In this document: in pieces, positions 1 to 7,446 of the stretch | How the letters are laid out: every line of letters begins with the position of its first letter | Numbering within the stretch: the stretch's first letter is position 1 | Sequence record: MN908693.1 | DNA: 32,000 nucleotides | Direction: 5' to 3' (one strand) | From: Gordonia phage AnClar | Notes under the pieces: model-generated | What the model was told of the DNA's origin: nothing | Seen by the model: the letters and a program-made list of their open reading frames with translations, nothing else | The model's database searches: none | Position numbers and translations under genes: made by a program

Positions 1-600
1 ATGGCCTCGAAAACACGCCCTGTACTGGTGCCCCCGACTGAGCTGAACCTCTACCACCGCAACGCCCGCAAGGGCGACGTGGACGCCATCGCTGGCAGCC
101 TGAGGGTCAACGGCCAGATGGCCCCGATCGTCGTCAACGTCGGCACGTACACCGGGCGGCCCAACGAGGTCCTGTCGGGCAACCACACCCTCAAGGCGTT
201 CCGCACCCTGGGCGAGACGTACCCCAGCGACGACCGCTGGTCCAAGGTCCTCGTCCACTGGGTCGATGTCGACGACGACCGGGCGGCTCGGTTCGTGCTG
301 GCAGCCAATCAGACCCACGAGCGCGGCGACTACGACCACAGCGCGCTGCTCGACCTCATCAATTCGATCGACGACCTCGACGGCACCGGCTTCACCGACG
401 AGGACCTCGACGAGCTGGACCGGCTGGCCAACCGCGACGGTGGCGCGCCGGGCAGCGGCGACTTGCTCGACCCGCCTGCCGAGGACAGCTACAAGCACCA
501 GTACGCGGTCACCGTCATCGTCGCCGACGAGGCCGAGCAGGAGGCCCTGTTCGAGCGGCTCACAGCTGAGGGCCTCGAATGCAAAGTCGTCACGGTTTAG
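1..600 (+). CDS. ParB-like nuclease/partition-domain protein
   Basis: 199-aa ORF beginning exactly at window base 1. The N-terminus has ParB/Srx-like motifs: 'LNLYHRNARKGDVDAIAGSLRVNGQMAPIVVN...GNHTLKAFRTLG'. Confidence 0.85.
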   Translation: MASKTRPVLVPPTELNLYHRNARKGDVDAIAGSLRVNGQMAPIVVNVGTYTGRPNEVLSGNHTLKAFRTLGETYPSDDRWSKVLVHWVDVDDDRAARFVLAANQTHERGDYDHSALLDLINSIDDLDGTGFTDEDLDELDRLANRDGGAPGSGDLLDPPAEDSYKHQYAVTVIVADEAEQEALFERLTAEGLECKVVTV

Positions 601-627
601 ACTATGCGCGCATGTAGTATAAGCCTC

Positions 628-1089
628 ATGCCGCACAGGACCGCCGCCGACCGCAACGCTTACATGCGCGAGCGCCGCCTACGGCTCATCGCCGAGGGCC
701 GTTGTCCGGCCTGCTCCTCGCCTCTCGCTGAGGGGTGCAAACTGTGCAGGTCCTGCCAGGACAAGAGCAACGCCCGATCAGCAGCTGCGACTGAGGCCGC
801 CCGCGATGAGCTGTTCGTCCGATACGGCGGGTACACCTGCGCCTGCTGCGGCGAGACTGAGCGGGCGTTCCTGTCGCTTGACCACATCAACCGGGACGGC
901 GCAGCGCACCGCCGGTCGATGAGCAAGGGGAAGTCCAACACCTTCCCCGGCTACCGCACGCTGCACGCTGACCTCAAACGGAAGGGGTGGCCCCCGGTGC
1001 TCCAGGTGCTATGCCACAACTGCAATATCGGGCGCGAGCGCAACGGCGGCGTCTGCCCGCACGCTGCGGCAAAGGTGGTGACGGTATGA
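628..1089 (+). CDS. Small HNH-type endonuclease-like zinc protein
   Basis: Cys clusters 'CPACSSPLAEGCKLCRSC', then 'CACCGE...LSLDHINRDG...LCHNCN', the HNH/zinc-knuckle arrangement. The track ORF opens at 604; ATG 628 is a plausible start. The stop overlaps the next ATG (ATGA at 1086-1089). Confidence 0.75.
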   Translation: MPHRTAADRNAYMRERRLRLIAEGRCPACSSPLAEGCKLCRSCQDKSNARSAAATEAARDELFVRYGGYTCACCGETERAFLSLDHINRDGAAHRRSMSKGKSNTFPGYRTLHADLKRKGWPPVLQVLCHNCNIGRERNGGVCPHAAAKVVTV

Positions 1090-2315
1090 CGCTGGTCAAG
1101 GTCGACAACGTCTCGCCGCCGTTCAACAGCTACCGGGCCAACCGCGTCAAGTCGCTGTTCAACGCCACCGACGAGCAGGCCACGCGGTTCACCATCGAGG
1201 CCGACCTGCCGTTCGACGACCCCAACTGGTCCATCGGCGTCATCGCTGGCCCCTCGGGGTCGGGCAAGACCTCGCTCGGCTCGCACGCCTGGGGCGGCGA
1301 GCACATCTACGCGCCCGAGTGGCCGACCGACCGGCCCATCGTGGACGTCATCGCCCCCGACGGCGACTTCGACGCGGTGACTGGCGCGCTCGCTCAGGCG
1401 GGCCTCGGCGACGTCCCGGCCTGGCTGCGCACCTACGGCGTGCTGTCGATGGGCCAGCGGTTCCGCGCCGACCTCGCGCGGGTGATCGCTGAGGCCCCCG
1501 ACCGCGTCGTCCTCGATGAGTTCACCTCGGTCGTCGACCGGCAGATCGCCAAGGTCGGCGCGGGCGCGTTCGCCAAGGCGTGGCGGCGCACCGGCGGGCA
1601 GGCGGTGCTGCTGACCTGCCACTACGACATTCTCGACTGGGTCGAACCCGACTGGGTCTACGACACCGCCACCCGCCACTTCCAGACCAAGGAGTGTCTT
1701 CAACACCGGCGGCCACGGATCGACGTGGAAGTCCGGATGGGCGGGTGGGACCTATGGCCGCTTTTCAAGCCGCATCACTACCTAGACAGTGGGCCGATGG
1801 TCGGCGCGAAGTGCTACGTCGCGTTCGTCGATGGCGAGCCGGTCGCGCACCTGGGCATGGGGACCAAGAACGTCACGGCCAAGGATCCCAAGACCGGCAG
1901 GCGCGTCAACGCGGTCGAGGCGCGCGGCTGCCGGATGGTCACCCTGCCCGAGTGGCAGGGCGCAGGGATCGGGATGAAGTTCCTCAACCACGTCTGCGAG
2001 CTGCAGCTGCGCGGCGAGGGCGTCCTGCCGGGCCGCAAGCTGACCACCCAGTTCCACACCAGCCATCCGCAGCTCGCCGCCGGGCTGCGGCGCTCGCCGT
2101 ACTGGCGGCAGGTCTCGGGGTCGCTGTACGCCTCGTCCTCGCGTAAGGCGTTCCGCGACAGCGTGACTCGCACCGCTGGCCGACGCGCAGCGGCAGGCAA
2201 GGGAGGGCGCTCGCTGATGCCGATGGACCCTGGCCGCAATACGGGCGGGTTCGGCGGTCACCTGCGGGCGGTGCAGGGGTTCCGGTACTACGGCGAGAGG
2301 GCAGCGCAGAAATGA
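1086..2315 (+). CDS. ABC-type ATPase fused to a GNAT-like acetyltransferase domain (COG2401-like architecture)
   Basis: Walker A 'GPSGSGKTS' (about 1248-1274), signature 'LSMGQ' (about 1443-1457), Walker B/D-loop 'RVVLDEFTSVVD' (about 1503-1538), H-loop-like 'LLTCHYD'. The C-terminal half has a GNAT acyl-CoA loop, 'RMVTLPEWQGAGIGMKFLNHV'. Confidence 0.85.
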   Translation: MTLVKVDNVSPPFNSYRANRVKSLFNATDEQATRFTIEADLPFDDPNWSIGVIAGPSGSGKTSLGSHAWGGEHIYAPEWPTDRPIVDVIAPDGDFDAVTGALAQAGLGDVPAWLRTYGVLSMGQRFRADLARVIAEAPDRVVLDEFTSVVDRQIAKVGAGAFAKAWRRTGGQAVLLTCHYDILDWVEPDWVYDTATRHFQTKECLQHRRPRIDVEVRMGGWDLWPLFKPHHYLDSGPMVGAKCYVAFVDGEPVAHLGMGTKNVTAKDPKTGRRVNAVEARGCRMVTLPEWQGAGIGMKFLNHVCELQLRGEGVLPGRKLTTQFHTSHPQLAAGLRRSPYWRQVSGSLYASSSRKAFRDSVTRTAGRRAAAGKGGRSLMPMDPGRNTGGFGGHLRAVQGFRYYGERAAQK

Positions 2316-2962
2316 GCACGGTGTACCTGGCAGGCTCGGGGTGGTTCGGCGCTGAGGCAGCTCGCCGCCTCGCCGACGCCGGGCACAAGATCGTCGGCGT
2401 CAGCTCGCCGCGCGCCGACCGGCGCAATGAGGACCGGCCCGACCTGCTGGCGCTGTGGGCCGAGCTGGGACACGTCCCCTGGGTCGGGCGCGACGCCCTG
2501 CGGCCCGAGGACGTGCCCGCCAACACCGACGTGATCCTGGCCGCCCACAGCCACGCGTTCATCGGGCGCAGGACGCGCAACAGGGCCGCCTACGCCCTCG
2601 GCTACCACCCCTCGCTGCTGCCGCTGCACCGGGGCCGTGACGCGGTCAAGTGGCAGGCCCGCCTGCGCGAGCGCGTCGTCGGCGGCTCGATCTACCACCT
2701 GACCGACCGCGTCGATGGCGGCCCGCTGCACAGCCAGGTCCACGCGGTCGTCGCCGACGGCATCACCGCATCCGAGCTGTGGCGCGAGGTGCTGGCCCCG
2801 ATCGGCCTGGAGATGCTCGTGCGCGCGGCTCAGGCCGTCGAGGACGGCGAGGTGAATTACCACCCGCAGGACGACGCCCTGGCGACCTGGGAGCCGTCGT
2901 TCGACTCGGCACCGCTGTACCGGCCCGAGCTGATGGAGCTACCTCGTGGCGCGGCGCGGTAG
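2312..2962 (+). CDS. Formyltransferase-like protein (Fmt/PurN-type fold)
   Basis: Start overlaps the previous stop (ATGA). Motifs: 'GYHPSLLPLHRGRDAVKW' and 'GGSIYHLTDRVDGGPLHSQ', matching the HxSLLP...DxGP signatures of formyltransferases. Confidence 0.75.
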   Translation: MSTVYLAGSGWFGAEAARRLADAGHKIVGVSSPRADRRNEDRPDLLALWAELGHVPWVGRDALRPEDVPANTDVILAAHSHAFIGRRTRNRAAYALGYHPSLLPLHRGRDAVKWQARLRERVVGGSIYHLTDRVDGGPLHSQVHAVVADGITASELWREVLAPIGLEMLVRAAQAVEDGEVNYHPQDDALATWEPSFDSAPLYRPELMELPRGAAR

Positions 2963-4685
2963 CAAGCCGCCGGGCGTCTCGCTGCCCGACGAGGGGGCCA
3001 CGCGCCCGGAGTACCTCGACCTCATCGGGGCCGACGGCAACGTCAGCGCCGACGCCGTCGAGCGCGTCTACGAGCAGGCCCGCAGCTGGCCGCCCGAGCA
3101 GAAACAGGCGTTCCTGCAGTGGATGAAGTCGGCCAACCGGCGCGCCGCCCTCAAGTCGAAGTACACCGCTCCCGCCGACCTCGCGCAGGCGGTGATCCCT
3201 GGGTTCGTCAAGACCCCGGCCATCGACCTCATCTCGCGGTCGATCGAGCGCGCCCTGCGCGAGCCGGGGCGCAACCTCATGATCACGATGTCGCCGCAGG
3301 AGGGGAAGTCGACCCTGGCTGCGGTGGTCACGCCGGTGCGCGCGCTGCAGCTCAACCCGCACACCAAGATCATCCTCTCGACCTACGGCGACGAGCTGGC
3401 CGCCGAGCACTCGATCGCCGCCCGGACCATCATCGAGACCTACGGCGCGGGCGTCGTCGACCAGCTCACCGGCGCGACGATCGAGGACCGCATCGGCCTG
3501 TCGATCAAGCCGGGCAAGGGCCGGATCAACTCATGGGGCGTGGCCGAGGGGCGCGGCGGCCTCGTCGCCGTCGGCCTCAACAGCTCGGTCACAGGACGCC
3601 CGGCTGACCTGCTCATCATCGACGACCCGTACAAGGGGCCGCAGGACGCCGACTCGGCAGCTCACCGGAAAAAGGTCAGCGACTGGATGCGCTCGGTCGC
3701 CATGACGCGCCTGTCGCCGCAGGCGTCGATCATCCTCATCCAGACGCGGTGGCACCCCAACGACCTGGCCGGTGAGATTCTGGCCGTCGAAAAGGAGCTG
3801 CCGCCCGAGGAGCGCACCTGGAAACACATCAACGTGCCCGCCATCGCTGAGGAGGGCATCAAGGACTCGCTCGGGCGCGAGCCGGGCACCCCGATGATCT
3901 CGGCGCGCGACACCCGCGACGTCAAACGTGACTTCGTGGCCACGCGGCGCAAGGTCGGCGACCGCGTCTGGTACGCGCTCTACCAGGGCGCGCCCGCGCC
4001 GCCCTCGGGCGGCATGTTCGACAAGACGTGGTTCGACGGCGGCCCGCCGGACGTGCCCGACAGCGTGGCCACCGTCGTGGCCATCGACCCCGCCGACTCG
4101 GGCAAGGGTGACGAGACCGGCATCGTCGCGGCGGTCCTCACGCGGCAGGGCCACGTCGTGTTCACTGAGGACGAGTCGGGCATGTACACCTCGGACCAGT
4201 GGGGCAAGCGAGCTGTGCGCCTGGCCCTGACCATCGAGGCCCGCGAGATCGCGCTAGAGGCGTACGCGGCGGCGAACACCTACGTCAACGTGCTCAAGCA
4301 AGCCCTGTTGGACATTCGCCGCGAGGCCAAGCGCAAGCTCGCCCGCGACGTCCCGCTGGCGGCGTGGGAGCGCCGGTCGCTGCTGCAGCTGCCGTTCACC
4401 ATCCACAAATGGACGGGCAAGGGCGACGCCACGGCTCGCTCGGCGCTGCTGCGCCAGTCGTTGGAGACCGGGCGCGCTCAGGTCGTCGAGCACCGGATGG
4501 TCGTGGCCGTCGACCAGGCCGTCCTGTGGATGCCCGGCCAGCACCAGCCCGACCGCGTGGCCGCGATGATCATCGCCCACGACCGGCTGCACAAGCTCGG
4601 CGGCGGCACGACTCAGATGTCGACGCCGGTCAACACGCGGCCCGTCGAGGCCCCGGCCTGGCTGCGCCGACGGGTCAGCGGCTAG
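2946..4685 (+). CDS. terL: Terminase large subunit
   Basis: 579 aa, GTG start. ATPase motif 'MITMSPQEGKSTLAAV', Walker B 'LLIIDDPYKG', 'IILIQTRWHPNDLAG', and nuclease-type 'VVAIDPADSGKGDETGIVAA'. Confidence 0.93.
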   Translation: MARRGSKPPGVSLPDEGATRPEYLDLIGADGNVSADAVERVYEQARSWPPEQKQAFLQWMKSANRRAALKSKYTAPADLAQAVIPGFVKTPAIDLISRSIERALREPGRNLMITMSPQEGKSTLAAVVTPVRALQLNPHTKIILSTYGDELAAEHSIAARTIIETYGAGVVDQLTGATIEDRIGLSIKPGKGRINSWGVAEGRGGLVAVGLNSSVTGRPADLLIIDDPYKGPQDADSAAHRKKVSDWMRSVAMTRLSPQASIILIQTRWHPNDLAGEILAVEKELPPEERTWKHINVPAIAEEGIKDSLGREPGTPMISARDTRDVKRDFVATRRKVGDRVWYALYQGAPAPPSGGMFDKTWFDGGPPDVPDSVATVVAIDPADSGKGDETGIVAAVLTRQGHVVFTEDESGMYTSDQWGKRAVRLALTIEAREIALEAYAAANTYVNVLKQALLDIRREAKRKLARDVPLAAWERRSLLQLPFTIHKWTGKGDATARSALLRQSLETGRAQVVEHRMVVAVDQAVLWMPGQHQPDRVAAMIIAHDRLHKLGGGTTQMSTPVNTRPVEAPAWLRRRVSG

Positions 4686-5209
4686 GCCGACAGCCGCTCC
4701 ATCGCGCGGAGGTGGGTCTTGGGCAGGCTGTCCTCGATCTGCCCGCCGAGGCGGCGCTGGCCCATGGCCGCGAGCACGTAGGCGTCGGCGGTGTTGTTGT
4801 TGGTGATGGCCACGTCGGGGTACCGGCGCACGACGGCGGCGAGCACCTCGTCCTTGTCGGCGTTGCCCGAGCCGGTCGCGTACATCTTCACCGCCTGCGG
4901 GGTGGCGGTGAGCACCGGGATGCCGAGGCCGCGCACCATGTCGTAGGTCGCGCCCCAGTGCCAGGCCCGCGTGTGCGCCTGGCCGGTCTTGGACGCCAGC
5001 GCGGGCGACTCGATGATGACCAGCTCAGGCTCGGCGATGACGATGAGCGTCTGCAGCTGGCCGACGATGCGCTCGATGCGAGCGCTGGCGTCGGCGTAGA
5101 GCGAGCCGTTCGGCTTCGACTTGACCCGGTGCACCTCGATGGCGTGCGGGGTGATGCTGACGAGGCCGCTGTCGGTGAGGCTGAGGTCGAGTCCAATAGT
5201 CCGAGGCAT
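4682..5209 (-). CDS. RuvC-like Holliday junction resolvase
   Basis: 175 aa. 'TIGLDLSLTDSG', 'LVIIESPALASKTGQAHTRAWHWG', 'NADKDEVLAAVVRRYP', 'NNNTADAYVLAAMG' give the RNase H-fold acidic residues of phage RuvC-like resolvases. Confidence 0.8.
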   Translation of the reverse strand: MPRTIGLDLSLTDSGLVSITPHAIEVHRVKSKPNGSLYADASARIERIVGQLQTLIVIAEPELVIIESPALASKTGQAHTRAWHWGATYDMVRGLGIPVLTATPQAVKMYATGSGNADKDEVLAAVVRRYPDVAITNNNTADAYVLAAMGQRRLGGQIEDSLPKTHLRAMERLSA

Positions 5210-5243
5210 GTAGGCAATCTAGCAGCCGGTGTAGGCTGCCGCC

Positions 5244-5579
5244 ATGAGCCTCGGAATGACGGTCCTGGTCCTGGTGATCTACGTGCTCGCGGTCATGCGC
5301 GTGGTCCGGCTGATCAACTTCGACACCATCCTCGACCCGATCCGCAATACGCTGCTCAAGGCGCTCGGGCGCGAGCACACCCTGATCTACTTCATCACCT
5401 GCCCCTGGTGCGTGGGGTTCTGGGTCGCCTTGGCCTCAGCCATCGCGCCGGTGCTCATCATCGGCTGGGCCTGGTGGGCGCTGTTCCCGATCGCCCTCGC
5501 TACCTCGCACCTGGTCGGCGCGTTCGCCCCGCTGACCGCCGACGAGGACATGGACATCGAGGAGATTGTCGAGAGCTGA
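5244..5579 (+). CDS. DUF1360-like membrane protein
   Basis: 111 aa hydrophobic protein with 'VMRVVRLINFDTILDPIR...LIYFITCPWCVGFWVALA', resembling the DUF1360 family. Confidence 0.7.
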   Translation: MSLGMTVLVLVIYVLAVMRVVRLINFDTILDPIRNTLLKALGREHTLIYFITCPWCVGFWVALASAIAPVLIIGWAWWALFPIALATSHLVGAFAPLTADEDMDIEEIVES

Positions 5580-5604
5580 CACCCGGCACAGCTACCGTTG
5601 AGCC

Positions 5605-7446
5605 GTGGCCGCTCCCTCGTATCGCATCGTCCGACGTCGCCCGGCGTCGGTCGGGCGCACCTCACTGACAGCTGCGTCCGCGCCGGTCGAGGACGCATCC
5701 AAGACGTTCAAGTCGTCCATGGCCGGGGGCCGGGACAGCTGGCAGAACGATGCGTGGGACATGCTCGACGCCGTCGGCGAGCTGCGCTACTACGTCGGCT
5801 GGCGGGCCTCGTCCTGCTCGCGCGTGCGCCTGGTCGCCAGCGACATCGACCCTGATACCGGGCTGCCGACGGGCAACACCGAGAACAAGCGGGTACAGGA
5901 GATCGCCAAGGCCATCGCTGGCGGGCCGCTCGGGCAGGCTCAGCTCATCCGCCGCATGGTCGAGTGCCTCACCGTGCCCGGCGAGACCTGGGTCGCCATC
6001 ATCCACCCGCCCGAGGGCGAGGAGTGGGTGGCGCTGTCGACCGAAGAGGTGAAGGTCCGCAACAAAGAGACCATCATCGAGCGCGCCGACGGCAGCGAGT
6101 ACACCATCCGCAAGCCCGCCGACTCGCTGTTCCGCGTCTGGAACCCCAAGCCCCGGCGGGCCAAGCTCGCCGACTCGCCGGTGCGCGCGACCCTGGATCC
6201 GCTGCGCGAGATCGTGCGGACCACCAAGACCATCAGCAACGCGAGCAAGTCGCGGCTCATCGGCAACGGCGTGGTGTTCGTACCGCAGGAGATGAGCCTG
6301 CCGAGCCAGAACCAGCTGACGCCGACCACCCCCGGCGCGCCGGTGCCCGGCCCCGAGGACCTCGTGCCGACATTCGAGGGCAACAGCGCCGTCGGCCAGC
6401 TGCAGGAGCTGCTGTTCCAGGTCGCGCAGACGGCCTACGACGACGAGGACTCGCTGGCCGCGCTCATCCCGATGTTCGCCTCGGTGCCGGGCGAGGCCGT
6501 CAAGAACGTCCACCACCTCAAGTTCGACAACTCGGTCACCGAGATCGCCATCAAGACCCGCAACGACGCGATCGCTCGGCTCGCCATGGGCCTCGACGTC
6601 ACGCCCGAGCGCCTGCTGGGCCTGGGGTCGAACTCCAATCACTGGTCGGCGTGGCAGATCGGCGACGACGACGTCCGGCTGCACATCTCGCCGCCCATCG
6701 AGCTGATCTGCCAGGCGCTCTACGCCCAGGCGATGAGCAAGGTGCTGGAGAGCGAGGGCATCGACCCCGCGCAGTTCATCCTCTGGTACGACGCCAGCGT
6801 GCTCACTGCCGACCCCGACCTCACCGACGAGGCCACCGCCGCGTTCGACCGGGGCGCGATCACCGCCGAGGCGTACCGCGACTTCCTCGGCCTCGGCGCG
6901 ACCGGCTACGACCTGAGCAACCTCAAGGGCTGGCAGGACTGGGCCAAGGACCGCGTCAGCGCCAAGCCCGAACTCATCACCACGCTCGCCCCGCTGCTCG
7001 GCGACGACGTCGAGATCGCCGCCCCTGCGGCACCCCCGGCGGTCGAGCAGGGTGACGACGAGCCTGAGGAGGAGCCGGTGGACGTCGAGGCCGAGCCGGA
7101 CACCGAGGACGACGGCCCGCCGCCCGCCGACACCGCGAGCCTGGCCCGCGCCGAGGACGGCATCGTGGACGTGTTCGTCGGTCGCGCCCTGGAGCTGGCG
7201 GGCAAGCGCCGCCGGACACGCGCCGACCACGCCCGGCTGCGGGCTGTGCCGATGCACGAGACCCACCGCTACATGACCCCGGTCGGCGACCGCGACGTCG
7301 AGGGCCTGGTCAAGGGCTGGGACTCGCTGCTCGACAGCTCGGGCCTGCTGCGGATGGGCCTCGACCCCGACCGCGTCCGGCAGGCTGTGCGCCGCCGGGT
7401 GACCGACGAGCTGACCCGTCAGGTGGTGGACTCCGTTGCTGATTGA
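5605..7446 (+). CDS. Portal protein
   Basis: 613 aa directly downstream of the terminase region and upstream of the MuF-like gene. Portal-like sequence: 'GELRYYVGWRASSCSRVRLVASDID', 'PGETWVAI', 'MGLDVTPERLLGLGSNSNHWSAWQIGDDDVRLHISPPIELICQAL'. Confidence 0.88.
   Translation: MAAPSYRIVRRRPASVGRTSLTAASAPVEDASKTFKSSMAGGRDSWQNDAWDMLDAVGELRYYVGWRASSCSRVRLVASDIDPDTGLPTGNTENKRVQEIAKAIAGGPLGQAQLIRRMVECLTVPGETWVAIIHPPEGEEWVALSTEEVKVRNKETIIERADGSEYTIRKPADSLFRVWNPKPRRAKLADSPVRATLDPLREIVRTTKTISNASKSRLIGNGVVFVPQEMSLPSQNQLTPTTPGAPVPGPEDLVPTFEGNSAVGQLQELLFQVAQTAYDDEDSLAALIPMFASVPGEAVKNVHHLKFDNSVTEIAIKTRNDAIARLAMGLDVTPERLLGLGSNSNHWSAWQIGDDDVRLHISPPIELICQALYAQAMSKVLESEGIDPAQFILWYDASVLTADPDLTDEATAAFDRGAITAEAYRDFLGLGATGYDLSNLKGWQDWAKDRVSAKPELITTLAPLLGDDVEIAAPAAPPAVEQGDDEPEEEPVDVEAEPDTEDDGPPPADTASLARAEDGIVDVFVGRALELAGKRRRTRADHARLRAVPMHETHRYMTPVGDRDVEGLVKGWDSLLDSSGLLRMGLDPDRVRQAVRRRVTDELTRQVVDSVAD

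Noticed and set aside
4199-5668. 489-aa plus-strand ORF spanning the terL 3' end, RuvC and DUF1360 region
   Set aside because: Arg/Pro/Gly-rich translation in an alternate frame; overlaps three better-supported genes.
5964-7055. 363-aa plus-strand alternate-frame ORF inside the portal gene
   Set aside because: Arg/His/Pro-rich out-of-frame translation; typical high-GC shadow ORF.
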